A stretch of 64,000 bases of DNA from NCBI GenBank assembly GCA_001662655.1, contig KV460241.1. The stretch is one strand, 5' to 3'. The notes under the pieces were generated by a model that saw nothing but the letters and a program-made list of their open reading frames with translations, did not search any database and was not told where the DNA came from. Origin of the DNA: Pseudogymnoascus verrucosus (Eukaryota). A program made the translations under genes and the position numbers. Every line of letters starts with the position of its first letter. Within the stretch, counting starts at the first letter, position 1. Positions 1 through 14,045 of this stretch are shown in pieces.

Positions 1-1477
1 CTCTGTGCCTGGTGGCATATGCCGTTTTACTGACTGTGTGCTCATCTCATGATCATCAATGAGCTGGGCATGATGGATCGGATTGCTCGGCGTGAAATGG
101 CTGAGCTGAGTGATCCATCCCACTCATTTACGAGAACAGACATATACGCCCAAAATCGCATTGGACAACCACAACAATCCCCGTCTGTGCTAGAGTACTA
201 TAGACACCGTAAGACTGTAAGACTTGCATGTTTTAGCACATACGAGCTCCATGAACCCTACTAGCACCCCGCTCTGAAGGAGTTGGCATTGGCGTACATT
301 CGCCGGTCCAATCTTTTCGTTTGTTTGCGTCTGCCGAGCCGAGAGACACCTGGCTGGCACTTCTCCCGGTCCTCTCTATCTCCCCCCTCCGTGCCTCCCG
401 TCGTCCTTCCAACATCCACCACCCCATCCCACACCCCTCAATGCATGCAGGCAGTCTCCGCCTTGGGACGAAACTACCTGTTTCACCACCCACCCAATTG
501 TCCGCGCGCCAACCAGAGAATATTCTGCAGCACCGGCCACAGCATCTTATTTATTTATTTTAGGAAATCCCGCGGAAACCGTGGTGTGTGTGTCATTACG
601 ATGTGGCTGCATTTTGATGTTTTGTGGTCCCCCAACCAAGACACCGTTCTCATCTGTGTCTCTACAGCACGCGGCGAAATGCCTAATGCTTTGCTTGTTT
701 TCTTTCTGTTTTCAAACCTCAGAGACATGCATGGACACATACTGTAGACAGGTGACTCCGAGACGTCATCGATGCTGCAGCTTGTCTCTGCTTGTCCTCT
801 GTCACTCAGCATCAAGTGCTTACCCAATGCTTTTCCGCGCTGTCTAGTTGATGTTGCTGCTGCACCTTGTTCCACAATAAGCCGCCTGTGACCTGGTATA
901 GCTCTAGCAACTTCCGAACCCGTCTTACTTATTTTTATATTGATAATTCTGAGCCGCCATGCCTCATTGACTTGGCAGCCATCCATCCCCCACAGCCTAT
1001 CTATCCCTTGTCTCATCCACTTCCACGAAGCCACACAACGCCTCACAGGCTCCCACCCCCATTTTATTTCAGGTTCTGTTCCAGTGGGGAAAAACACGTT
1101 TGTCGTGTATGCCGCTACCTACCCACTGCCACTTGTACGCGTGGAAGAACCGGGGACAGTGCGCAGAACGATACGACCATACTACCATACCAAGCCCTAC
1201 TATCCTTCGCCAGCCGTGTGCGAGCCTTCTGATATGTACCTGGTTCATCCCCGCTGATCCATCCCTAGCCAAGCATTTCGTCCCGATCTTGCAAGGTCTC
1301 ACTACTAACCCAGGCGCGGATTTTGTAGTGCAGATCGGTCAGAGGGCAACACACCTTGACCAGGTCTCTCGTCCTTCCTGACTTCCTCTTCTTCAAGACG
1401 AAGTGAATTTCGTTTTCCAAAACCACATTCGTTTCGTTGTATCACAATCTTTGCTTGTTTTTGCAACATAGGGCATC

Positions 1478-4400
1478 ATGGCTCCTCCATTGCTGCAGCT
1501 GGGTTCACTCTCGCTTTTGCTACTCTCGGCAGTAAGTTCTTCTCCCGGTGGTATCACTGATGCACGGCGCGCGCATGCACCGTCGTAAACAGCGTCGACT
1601 ATGTGCGCGTTGACCGACGGAAGCTTTTATAATAACATTTGGGAATTCAGGTCACACCTTCGCTCGCCGCTTCAGTCAATACTGCGAGTTTGCCAACCAA
1701 CTGGTCCTACAAAGGATGTTACGTGTATGTGTTTGCCCTGTGCTCGTCCCGAGTCTCCCGCATTCAAGGGATACTAATTCTAACAACCTCCTTCCTATAG
1801 CGATAGTGTAGCAGCCCGTGTCCTCAGCGGATCTGCCTACAATTCGGACACACAGACCGAAGAGGCCTGCGCATCATACTGTGACACGAAAGGCTTCAAG
1901 TACGCCGGTGTTGAGTATGGCGTGGAATGCTGTAAGTCCCCGTCGCACTTGAACCCTCCTTACGCACGCCAAGCCATTGAGTCTCAGAATATTGTTCTCT
2001 GCGCGGGACAACGCGGTGCAACAGCGTTCAGAGTGCTAACGAGGCTTGATAGACTGTGGCAATACCCTCACTTCTGCCCTCGGTGCTGAGACCGACTGTG
2101 CTATGACCTGCGGTGGCGACGCGAACGAGCTGTGTGGCGGTCCTAACAGGATGAATGTCTTTGAGAACACCGCCATCTCCGCATCCACTCCAGTTACCAC
2201 GCCCGTTCCCGCCAACACCAATGTTGCTGTCGCAGGCTGGACAGCTGGCGGTTGCTACACGGATACTGTAGCTGCCCGAAGCCTTCCACAAGGCGTGCCC
2301 GTTGCCGGAAATGCGCCCATGACTGTTGAGCTCTGCCTGGCAGCATGTCAAGCAGCTGGATATAAGATTGCTGGCGTCGAATATGCGAGCCAGTGCTACT
2401 GCGGCAACGCATTTGCTAATGGCGGTGCCCTCGCCCCCGATGGGAATGCACTGTGCAACATGCCATGTGATGGTAATGCGGCAGAGATGTGCGGAGGCCC
2501 GGATCGTCTCAATGTATTCTTCTTTGGAGACTCTAGTAACACAGGAACCGGTACGACTACGGCCCCTCCGGTTACCACCCCCCTTCCCTCCACCAGCGCT
2601 GTTGCTGTCGCTGGCTGGACAGCTGGCGGTTGCTACACGGATACTGTCGCCGCCCGGAGCCTTCCACAAGGCGTGCCCGTTGCCGGAAATGCGCCCATGA
2701 CCGTCGAGCTCTGCCTGGCAGCTTGTCAAGCAGCTGGGTACAAGATTGCTGGCGTCGAATACGCGAGCCAGTGCTACTGCGGCAATGCATTTGCAAATGG
2801 CGGTGCCCTCGCCCCCGATGGAAACGCGCTGTGCAACATGCCGTGCGACGGCAATAAGGCAGAGATGTGCGGAGGCCCGGATCGACTCAATGTGTTCTTC
2901 TACTCAGGCTCTGGTTCCACCACTGTAAGTGGAACTGGTACTGGAACCGGTACGACCACGGCCCCTCCAACTAACACTCAGCCCGCTGGATCTGGAACCG
3001 CAACTAAACTCCCCGCAGGATGGTCCTATAAAGGTTGCTGGGTCGACAATAACCAGGGCCGTATCATGAACGGACCCCAGGCGGACCTAACCACAATGAC
3101 GATCGAATCCTGTATCGCAACCTGCGTCGCCGCCGGATACGCCATCGCCGGACTCCAGTATTCCTCCCAATGCTTCTGTGACAACCTACTCAAGAACTCG
3201 GCCACCCTGGCTGCGGTCGATACCATGTGCTCCACGCCATGTTCCGGCTCCTCCGTCGAGATCTGCGGCGGCGGCAACCTGGACAGCGTCTACGCCTCCC
3301 GCGACATCGAGGTCATCGGGCCGGCCGCCCCCCAAAAGAGTGCACTCCCTGGACTCTGGCAATACAAGGGCTGCCTCATGGACCAGGACCCCAAGTCTCT
3401 CCCGGAGAAGATCGTCTACACTGGAACTAACACTCCCAACAAGTGCTTGAAGGCATGCTCTGATTACGGTTACAACGCTGCTGGTATGGAGTACGGTGAG
3501 GAGTGCTACTGTGGTGATAAGAGTGATCCTTCCAAGCAAGGAGCTAAACTCGTCGCCGAGTCTGACTGCTCCACTCCCTGCCCCGGTGACGCCCGCTACC
3601 TCTGCGGTGCTGGTAACAGACTCTCCTACTACGAATGGGTTGGTGCACCAATTCAGAATTACGGATTCCCCCAGGGTGCCGCAGCTGGCGAGTATGTTCT
3701 CCTCGGCACGGCCCCCGTCATCGCCCTGATTACCACCCAAGGTCTTAACGGCAAGGTTACCTTTGTCGAGAAGTCTGGCACGTCTACTACTCCTGGCTCA
3801 ACTGGTGCTTACGAGTGGGATCCCTCTACCAACACTTTCCGTACTATGCACGTCAAGACCGATGTCTTCTGCTCTGCTGGTCTCGTTCTCCCTGACAAGG
3901 TTGGTCGCCAAATCAACATTGGTGGCTGGTCCGGTGACTCTACTTACGGTATCCGTCTGTACTGGCCCGATGGATCCCCAGGCAAGCCATCCGTCAACGA
4001 CTGGCAAGAGAACTACCAGGAGCTGGCTCTGCAGAATGGTCGCTGGTACCCTAGTGCTATGGTCATGGCTAACGGCTCCATTCTCGTCGTTGGTGGTGAG
4101 AACGGATCCAACGGCCCACCCGTGCCAACTCTTGAGCTGCTTCCTCGTGCCGGTGGCACCCTCTACATGGAGTGGCTCCAGCGCACCGATCCATACAACT
4201 TGTATCCCTTCCTCGCTGTCCTGCCTTCCGGCGGTATCTTCGTGGCGTACTACAACGAGGCTATCATCCTGGATGAGAAGACCTTCGCCACCCAGAAGAA
4301 GCTCCCCAACATCCCCGGCGCAGTCAACAACCCTCTCGGCGGCCGCACCTACCCTCTCGAGGGAACCATGGTTCTCCTACCCCAACACGCTCCGTACACC

Positions 4401-5195
4401 GATCCCCTCGGCGTCCTGATCTGCGGTGGCTCCACCCCCTACGGCGGCTTCGCCATCGATAACTGCGTTTCCACCGTCCCCGAGGCCACGAACCCAACCT
4501 GGGTCATCGAGAAGATGCCCTCCAAGCGCGTCATGTCCTGCATCTGCGCCCTGCCCGACGGAACCTACCTGATCCTGAACGGCGCCCACGTCGGCGTCGC
4601 CGGTTTCGGATTGGCCTCTGACCCCAACCACAACGCTCTTCTGTACGACCCAAGCAAGCCTATCAACTCGCGTATCAGCATCATGGCGAATACTACCATT
4701 GACCGCTTCTACCACTCTGAGGCTATCTTGCTTCAAGATGGCCGCGTCCTCGTCACGGGTTCTGACCCGGAGACCGATGGCCTGCAGCAGGAATACCGCA
4801 TTGAGGCTTTCATCCCACCTTACCTCAAGACCGGTCGCCCAGTTCCTTCTTACACAATCACCAACAAGGACTGGAAGTACGGCGCCACCATCACGGTGAC
4901 CGTCACTCTTCCATCTGGAGGCGTGCCCAAGTTCTCCCTCATGGGCGCCGAGAGCAGCACCCACGGTAACTCTATGGGTCAGCGTACCATCTTCCCGGCG
5001 TTCAAGTGTACCGGCAACACCTGTACCATTACGGCGCCGCCGAATGCACATGTTTCCCCACCTGGATGGCACCAGTTGTTCCTCCTCGAGGGCGGCGTGC
5101 CAAGTAAGAGTCAGTACGTGAGAATCGGTGGTGATCCCGGTAACTTGGGCGCCTGGCCCAAGTTGTCGGATTTCAACGTGCCCGGTTCTGGTTAA
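1478..5195 (+). CDS. Secreted WSC-domain copper radical oxidase (glyoxal oxidase, CAZy AA5_1), five WSC domains; 3 introns at the 5' end (~1532-1650, ~1725-1800, ~1932-2052)
   Basis: Signal peptide MAPPLLQLGSLSLLLLSA. Repeated WSC motifs (GCY.D...C...C....Y..AGVEY..QCYCGN). Catalytic-domain motifs VFCSAG, RWYPS, RFYHSEA, STHGNSMGQR. Long exon is ORF 2046..5195. Confidence 0.93.
2223..2900 (+). repeat. Intragenic tandem duplication of one WSC domain (period 378 bp; copies start at ~2223 and ~2601)
   Basis: Both copies encode VAVAGWTAGGCYTDTVAARSLPQG...GGPDRLNVFF with one visible amino-acid difference (A/K) and several synonymous differences. Confidence 0.95.
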
Positions 5196-6310
5196 ATCTA
5201 GATACCTTGGGTAGGTGTGAAAGGAGGGGATGAGTTTGGGGATTTTTGAGATTTGGTTTTAAGTTGTTGGCTTGGATTGGATAAGGGGATGAATGGAAGG
5301 GGAATTCTTTGATGTGTGCGCTGTGAGTTTTCTCTTTATTACGAATTTTTAGAGTATTCAAAAGTGGAAAGATGGAATGGGAGACTGGGGGAGAAACATC
5401 AGAAACTATAGGATGCCTACTTCACGGGGTGGGGATATATCCCTTTTTTACATAGACGGACAGATGAACACACACTTATGTGAGGGGTTGGGGGTTGCGA
5501 TATATTACAGCTCTCTACGAGCATGGAAGGGATTAATTGTTGGGTTGCGGGTGCTTGTTGTAGTTAGTTAGTTCTTAATTATATAATTAGACTGATGAAG
5601 GTGTTTATGGGTTGCTGTTCTGCCAATCCTCCCTTTACCCCGTGAAGGGAGGATTAGCAGAACGACACCCATGAATACTAACAATAGTCGAGAACCTTCA
5701 GGAGTAATTCTCGTGCACCCTGGAAATTGAACGTGAAACCGTCTGTTCGTATACAGTCGTAGGATTAGCAGGTTGCTCATAAATCCAAATATAGCTGTCA
5801 ATGACAATTCCCAGTCGTGTCCATGCTATTTTCAGTCTTTCCCAGGCAGCAAAATTAAACTTTGATAATCCGCGTCGCCCACACATGTCCACTTTGGCGC
5901 CAAGTGTCCACACAACCACCACTGACCGCCGACCCAATGCAGCGACGACCACCACACGTGGATTGATATACCATCAGCACGTCTTATGGACAGGTCCGCG
6001 GAATCCAGTGACATCGCGTTTCAAGTTTCAATCTTTGTAATCTTTGTAATAACGACACGTTTCCAGTGCATATACGAGAACTTCGGTCTGTACGAGACAT
6101 CTGGATAATCGGTGTTGCCTAATCAATCCATTGACTCGATTACAAATGCCGTCCACATCCGCATCCGCATCCACATCCACATAACTAAGACACGCCTCAG
6201 CCTTCGGATGCTGTGACGGCTGACACAGCATAAACCATCACCAAAGTTATAATCTGATCTAACAAATACATACATTCATTTTTCCTGGCTACGCCCACCC
6301 ACCCATCAAA

Positions 6311-8181
6311 ATGGACTGGCCCTACCACATCAACACCACCCTCACTACCTCTCAAAAGCTCCTCCGCCGCCAAACCATCGACCGCTACGGCCTCTACGCG
6401 CATCTCTCCCCCCTCCTCCCCATCGCCTTGTACTGGCTATACGTCCTCTTCAAATGGGTCGTACGGGCGCGCCAGACGAGGGGCGAGTATGCGGCTGTGC
6501 CGGGGTCGCCGCATGTGAAGAGGGAGGCGAGGACGGCGGCGGGGAGGGCGGCGAGGTGGTGGAGGGGGGGGTTGTGGTGGGTTGGGGGGAGGGGTGAGGA
6601 GCAGGAGAGGGTGGTGCATCAGTTGGCGGGGTTGGTGTGGGCGGTTTGGTTGGGGGGGTTGGCGGTGCATGGGACGGGTGATGGTGAGTTGAAAGCGTTT
6701 TCTTGAGTCTTTTTATTGAGTGGAGGGGGGCGGATGGGCGGAAGGGGAGGTTGTTTATGTTCTGCTTTGCGGGGGTGTTGGATTGGAAGTTCAAGTCTAA
6801 TACTTCTGTTTTTATCATCTGTTCCTATATTTTTCTTTCCAATCGTCCATGGTATTCTTCGTCTTGAAGCTAAGACCTCGCAGATTACCTCCACCTCACC
6901 AAACGATTCGGAATGATCGCAGCATCCCAGCTGCCCATACTGTACCTCCTCATGATGAAGAACCGCTACTCCCCACTCCGTTACCTCCTCCGCGCCTCCC
7001 ACGAAGAGCTCAACCCCTACCACCGCATCCTCGGCCAAATCATCGTCACCCTCTTCAGCCTCCACGCCGGCTTCTACCTCAACTTCTTCATCCGCGCCAA
7101 CCTCGTCAAGAACCTCTTCACCCGCCCCGTCCCATCACTAGGTCTACTCTCCATCATCTTCATCCTAACCCTCTACATCACCAGCATCAAAACCATTCGC
7201 ACCTACAGCTACCGCATCTTCTACGCAACCCACTTCACCATCAGCCTCCTCCTCGCCCCAATCCTCTTCTTCCACGCTGCCCCCGTCCGCCTCTATCTCA
7301 TCGAGACCCTCGTATTCGTCCTCTTCAACCTTCTCACCCGCCGCCTAACCTCCTTCCTCGCCCCCTCCACAATCACCGCCCTCCCCCAAACCACCCTCCT
7401 CAAACTCAACATCCCCATCCCCCCCTCCCACCGCCGCCTCTACGCAAACTCCGCAGGACAACACGTCTACCTCTCCATCCCACCCCCCAGTCAACCCTCC
7501 ACCGGAGCCGCAATCCTAAATCTCTGCTCAAACCCCTACACCATCTCCTCCATCGCCCCCGACACCAAATCCCTAACCCTGATCGCGCGCTCTCTCTCCG
7601 GCCCAACCTCCGCGCGCCTCCTTGAACTCGCTGAGCTCTGGAAAGCCCGCCCGCCTTTGCGCATCGAGGGGCCGTATGGCGGTTCTACCCGGTTTCCCGA
7701 TTTCGCTAGCGAGTTTGACCGGGTCTTACTAGTTGCCGGAGGGGTGGGAGGGACGTTTGTACTACCGCTTTATCAGCGCGTGAGGACGGAGATGGAGAGG
7801 AGGGGTTTGAACACGGAGAGGGTTGTTATGGTGTGGTCTGTTCGGAGCGCAGCGGAGGTGGAGTGGGCGGCTGAGGCGGTGGGGGAGGTAGCGAGTGGGG
7901 TTGAGATTGTGGTTACGAGGGAGGAAGAGGAGAGGGGGTCTGTGGATGGGGGTGGGGGGGTTGAGATGTTAGATTTGGCGGAGGAGGGGGGGAGAAGGAA
8001 GAGGGGACGGGTGGATGTTGGGGGGGTTGTGGATGGGGTGTTTAGGAGGGGGGAGGGGGAGAGGGTTGCGGTTATTGTGTGTGGACCGGGGGGGATGGCG
8101 AGGGAGGTCAGGACGGCGGTGGGGAGGTGGGTGGGGAAGGGGAGGGATGTGTGGTTCCATGAGGAAGGGTTTGGGTTTTGA
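6311..8181 (+). CDS. Ferric reductase-like transmembrane oxidoreductase; intron ~6684-6883
   Basis: ASQLP..YLL, heme-ligand-like HR.LG..H and YATHF..FFH helices, FAD-site-like NPYTISS, IEGPYGG, LLVAGGVGGTF, VIVCGP, C-terminal HEEGFGF. Confidence 0.88.
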
Positions 8182-8269
8182 GTCGCTGTAAAATTTCATG
8201 TTTAAACTTAGATTCTCTATATACACACAGTTACTTTTCCGAGGCCAGGTCTTCTAATCTGTGACCAAC

Positions 8270-9398
8270 CTACGCCTTCCACTCCAACGACCACGTCTCC
8301 TCACCAGCCCTAAACGGCATAATCTCCAAATCTCCCTCTCCCCTCAGCATATCCGCCACCTTCGACGCACCCCTCTTCAGCACAATCTTCTCCCCATTCG
8401 CCTCAACCCCATAAAACTTCCTTCCATACCCACCCAAGAACCCCTCAATACCCTCGACCGTCACCTCCTCCTCCTTCAACAACCCCTTTCCAACAGCGCC
8501 CACAAAAGCCTCAAGAACCAACTGCGTCGCCTCTCCCTGCGTAAAGCACCCCGCGGCGGGCTTCCCCCTCATCTCCTTCGCTGACAGCGCATGAGGCGCT
8601 GAATCAGAGCCGAAGAAGAACTTCTCTCCCCCTGCCGCAGCAGCACTAAGCAGTGCCTTTCGGTCCGCCGGGAGCTTAGCAACAGGCTTGCAGAAGTGGT
8701 GCGCGTTGCCGACCACCTCATCGATGGTAAGGTACAAGTGGTGCGCCGTGATAGTCGCCGCAACGGTAGGCCCGCACGCCTTGACTGCCTCGATGGCCGC
8801 AGCGGTTGTGCAGTGCTCGAGGATGATGCGGAGGCGGGGGAAGGCCTCATGCAGGGTGCGGAGGGTGGGGAGGAACTTCTCCTCGGCGGAGAGGACGGTG
8901 ATGGATGAGTCTGCGGTGGAGGGGAGCTCGCCGTGGAGGTTGAGGATCATGTTGTGCGATTCCATGGCAGCGAAGACAGGGTAGAAGACGCTGTAGTCTA
9001 CGACGCCGGCGGAGGAGTTTGTGGTCACGCCTGCGGGGTAGGATTTCACGTTCTTGATGCCGGCGGCGGCGGCTTCGGCGATGGTGGCGGGGGTGACGTC
9101 GGGGTGGAGGTAGAGAGACATGAGGAACTGGACTTTTGGCTCCAGGGCTTGGAGGCTTGCTTGGTACTGGAGGGCGTGGGCGACTGTCGTGATCGGAGGA
9201 ACAAGGTTAGGCTAGTATATAGTTAGTGGAGGAATCTTGGACAGAGAGGGAGGAGGTAAGTACCATAACCATCACGCAGTTTACTCCGCCAGCTCTAATA
9301 CTGGGAACGACGAGGTTCTTGGTGGCGCCGTCGCGGAGATGGACATGCATATCCGCCGAAGCGGGCAACTCCAGGGTCTGGAGCTTTTCGAAGACCAT
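8270..9398 (-). CDS. URA4: Dihydroorotase (homodimeric type); intron ~9208-9263
   Basis: DMHVHLRDG, VMVM|PNLVPP, VKSYPAGVTTNS, NLHGE, LEHCTT, TITAHHL, FCKPVAK, FFGSDSAPH. Confidence 0.95.
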
Positions 9399-9792
9399 TT
9401 TGGCTAGAATTGGAATGAAAGAAGTGGAGGTGATGCTGAGAAGCGCTGGGATGAGAGTGATATAATCGGAATATATATTTTAAGTTTCGGGACCCCGCGG
9501 TTGACGCTGAATTGGGTCGGGCGGTCAGTGGGGTAACTTTCCATCAACCGGACTATTGTTCCTCCCCTACCGAGTCAGGACCAGGAACTAGCAAGGGACC
9601 CCATGCACCAAAAGTTTACCATCCGTCAGAAACGTTACAAACCACGAACATATCTCTGTCGTTTGGCAGAGAACCTCACTTCAGTCTTTCCTTCAGGTCG
9701 CCAGCGATGTTTACTGTACTATAGATTGATTTCCTCTTTTATTTCAACTTTCACTTCCACAATAGACAGCGTCAGCTCCGCAACCCGCCAGG

Positions 9793-10871
9793 ATGAACAC
9801 CATGGCCTCGCGCGCCCTGCGCACCTCCTCGCACCTCCAGCATAACTCACCACTCGCCAGCATCTTCCTCCAGCACATCAACACCTCAATCCCCCTCAGC
9901 CAGCGCCACACCTCTCGCACCTACTCAACCGATACCACTGAGTCCCTCACGACGGAAAAACCCCGCAACAACCGCCTCAACCCGCCCACCTCAACGCTCC
10001 CCCCACCCCTCGTCATTCCCCCGAAGAACCCCGACCAATCCTTCTTCCGCACCCTCTTCAACCAAGGAAAAGGCTACCTCACCTTCTACAAAACCGGCGC
10101 CCAAGCCATCTTCACCAACCTCTCCCTCTCGCGCGCCCCGCAAGAGCTCGTCGATAAGAAATACAACGGCGCCGTCTACGAAGCCGTTCGCGACCGCAAC
10201 TTCAGCCGCGCGGATTACCAGCTCCTCCTCCGCTCGTGGCACGACATCAAGCGCCTTCCTGTCTTCGGACTGATCTTTATCGTCTGCGGGGAATTCACCC
10301 CGCTCATCGTCTTCGCCGTCTCCAGCGTCGTGCCGTACACATGTCGCGTCCCGCGCCAGATCGAGGCGGATCGCGAGAAGGTCGAGGCAAGACGCAAGAC
10401 CTCGTTCCGTAACTTGACAATGGCGTTCACGCCGGGGAAGGAGCTGGAGAGGGAACAGCTGCTGCATATCTCGTGGTCGTTGGGCTTGTCGAGCAAGAAT
10501 TGGGATCATATTGGTGGCACACCGATGACGCTGTTGAAGGGGCGCGTGGCGAGGCATGTTGAGTATCTGCAGACGGATGATAGGTTGATTAGACGCGATG
10601 GGGTGTTGGGTGATTTGGAGACGGAGGAGGTTGCGATTGCGTGCGCGCAGCGCGGGATTGATGTTGTTGGGCGTAGTGAGGAGCATTTGAGGGAGATGTT
10701 GGAGGGATGGATGGCGGCGAGTAAGAAAACGCCTGTGGAGAAGCTGCTGCTGACGAGGTAAGTTTCTTCTTGCTGCAAGGAGAACTGGGTTGAGAGAAAT
10801 GAAGATCTATTGCTAACTGTTCACCTCATAGACCGAATGTCTGGCCAGTGCCAGCGAAGAAGGACAACTGA
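9793..10871 (+). CDS. LETM1-like (ribosome-binding domain) mitochondrial protein; intron ~10758-10831
   Basis: Presequence-like N-terminus; YLTFYKTG, RSWHDIKRLPVFGLIFIVCGEFTPL, YLQTDDRLIRRDG, ACAQRGI. Confidence 0.8.
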
Positions 10872-11362
10872 TTTCCAAGCACAACGGACACATTACGGTA
10901 TTTGGGCATTAACGGCATCCACTCTGATTTTTGGGACATCTGTATTATCATCTACTACATCAGCCGCGATATCCCATCTCTATGTACACTAAAGCCATCC
11001 CGCACGGAGGCGTTCAGGAAGATAGACGAGCTCATCCGCTCAATTGAGCGGAGGGAACGAACAAAATAAGAGAGCTCAGAAAGGGCAACTCTATGTAGAA
11101 CACCATATCCAGCTCAGATATATTTAATGTACCATAAGCTATAGCTCCCAATGCACCTCAATGCACCCGATTCTAGACCGTCAACGTGATATAATTGATG
11201 CTATCTGCATCCCCTTCCCTTTCCCTTAGCTCTTTCTCCCCCTCATTTGTCGATTTCGTACATACATACTCATTACATAGCCACCTTGCAAACGCATAAC
11301 CCCCCGCTAAAGCCGTAAACCGATACGGCACCCATCAAACGCAACCCCACTCTTCATCCGTC

Positions 11363-14045
11363 TCATTGCCTAAACCTCGCCAACTGCGCCATAATATTCT
11401 GCACATCCTCTGCGCTCTGACCTCCCTGCATCTGTCCCTGTGCCTGCTGTCCCAACCCCGCCGCGCCAAGAAGAGCGCCCAAATTCTGTGTCGCGCTTTG
11501 GGGCGGGTACTGAGCCTGTTGTTGGGATGGGTATTGTTGCTGTTGTTGCTGCGGCTGTTGAGCAGATTTTCCCATCAGACCTCCTAGGATACCAGCCAGG
11601 TCTACCTGCCCATTGCCCTGGTTCTGCTGCTGCTGTTGTGGCGTTGGGGATTGGATGGGTGCATTCAGTGTCCCGAGCAGCTTCTGCAGAGTCGCGTTGT
11701 CGAGCTGGCCGACGATACTCCCAAGGTTAGGAGTTGCTTGTGCAGCCGGGGCTCCGTATTGTTGACCAGCCTGTTGTCCATACGCCGGTGCAGCTTGGGC
11801 CGGAGCAGTAAGTTGTTTTTGCTTCTCACGGATCACCAGCTCCGCTGCAATACGGGGCTCCAGGTCTTCATACTCATCGAAACGGACATTATCCGCGCCC
11901 CGCGTACGATCAAAGACCTGCAGCGGTATCCTGCTCGTTTGCTGCGCCTTGTGCGTCAATTTGACAACAGCAAGAACACCTTCCAGAATCTGTCGGCGGA
12001 CGACGACATCCACGGGTAAGCGTGCGCTGAGGAACATGACTTCGCTCTTTAAACCACGACCACGGATTTCACCCTCGACCCAGCTAATGAAGTTGCGGTC
12101 GAGCTCTTCGAGGAGGATGATCTGCACCTCCGGGACGTCGCGGGTATCACGACGCGGGATGCCCAGCGCAGCATCTTCGTCCATTTCGCGACGCCGAGGG
12201 CTGGGACTCCTCTCGCGGTAGCGTCCGCCGTCTCTACGGTCGTAGACAGGGGAACGAGACCGGGTGTGCCGGCCATCGTGGCCACCATAGCTATCTCGCC
12301 CGCGATTTTGGCCGTACTCATCGCGGCCGCCACGGAACCCACCACGTTGTGGCGAGGGAGACCTGAGGGCTCGGTAGTCCTCACGTCCACGTGTGGCAGC
12401 GCCGCGGTGGTCGCCTTCGCGGGGCGAGGCGACAGCTCGTCCATCGTACCGATCGTAGCCCTGGGGTTGGTTCCGGCCTTGTCCTCCACGGCCACCTCCG
12501 CCGCCTCTTTGATGCTCCGGGGATCGCGAGCGGCGTTGGGTAGCAGGTTGCGCTTGTCCAGGTCCAGCCTGTCGGGTGTTCTTCTGGGGTTTGGAGATCT
12601 CGAGGTCTGTTGAAGTTAGTATGGATTCATGACAAAGTGGTGGCAGTATGAGACTTACGCATCTTCCTCCCTCTGATTTCCTGGCCCTGTTCGCGCTGGA
12701 GGGCGGCATGACAAGACTTGATGTCGTGGAATTGGACGAATCCATAGGCCTGCTTGATAGATACCTGTGCCAGCCTGCCAAACTTGTGAAAGATGTAGAA
12801 TATATCACGCTTCGTAACCTTCTCTGTTGGCAAATTACCTGTACGTGGTCAGCAAGGTGATAAATAAGTAGAAGAGCCACATAACATACCTATGAATAAC
12901 CTTGATCCCGCAGGGAACCTGTCCCATAAGCCTTCGGAGACATACATCCGCTCATCGGCCAAGAATTTATCATACAGGCTTTGGACATCAGCGCCCCACT
13001 GGATTTCACCTGCGTCTTCAGCATCACCAGCCTCGACGGAAGTCTGGGCTCTGTCTTGCTTGGGGTGAGGGGGGAGTGTAGACGACGGAGGAGCTGGCAA
13101 TGATGAAGGGGCATTGAAGGAGGCAGCTGGGGGTGGGGGGAGGATGTTTCTAGCATCGGCCTTTGTTCCTGGCGCACCAGAAGAAATAAGGGGCATAGGC
13201 ATTCCCGGCGCTCTGTATGCGGTAGAGCCTGGTGGGACAGCAAAGCTGGGGCCGGCATGGTATTTGCGGATGTCATCTTGAGAAGCATACGCCGGGTGCA
13301 TGGCAGGCTTTTGCAGGACTTGCGGGCGTGGAGGGAGGCTTGAGTGAGAAGGGAGAGTTGAGGGCCCGGTTGGTCCGGGTGGCCCCGGTGGGAAGGTTGG
13401 AGAGCTAACAGTGGTTGCGGTGGGTGTGCCATTTGCGGAGGTGGCATTGATTTCAGCATTGGCCGTGATGTTATCAAGCAGCTGCTGAATGTCTATCTCG
13501 CCTTTGGCAATACTCTCATAGGAATGGGCTGGAGGGGCTTGAGATTGGGCCTGGGTTGTCTCAGACATCGCGGGGTCGGAACCGCCATCAACAGCAGCAG
13601 CTAGAGGAGCAGGCTCAGAAGAAGTCGTAGGAGGGGAGGTAATGGGGTTAAGGGAGGAATTGTCGATGGGCTCCGTAGTGGTATTGGTGATGGAAGGGAT
13701 GGTGTCGATGGGGGAAGGAGCGGTCTCAGAGCCTGATAATGGAGCAGGCGCTGACTGAACAACTTCATGTTGATCGACAGCCTCGCTTGAATCTTCTGGA
13801 CTATTTGAATCCGCCTCGCCATCAGACTCAAAGGTCATCGCATAATCATCGTCGACCTCGCCTCCTGCCTGTGCTCCTGGCGCAGCAGCGTTGCTTTGCT
13901 CTGGTTTATCCTCCTCTTCATATGGATCCGAGAAGTTACTCGCCGCGTCGCTTGTATCATTATCATCATCCGCCGTCGCATTTGAATTCGTAGGAAGATT
14001 GTCGGTGGGCGCGTCTGTCGATGACGCGGTATGGGTGGATGTCAT
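11363..14045 (-). CDS. RRM-containing nuclear RNA-binding protein (Nab3-like) with Arg-rich region and Q-rich tail; 2 introns near 12.6 and 12.85 kb
   Basis: FPAGSRLFIG|NLPTEKVTKRDIFYIFHKFGRLAQVSIKQAYGFVQF RRM spanning spliced exons; C-terminal VQNIMAQLARFRQ. Confidence 0.82.
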
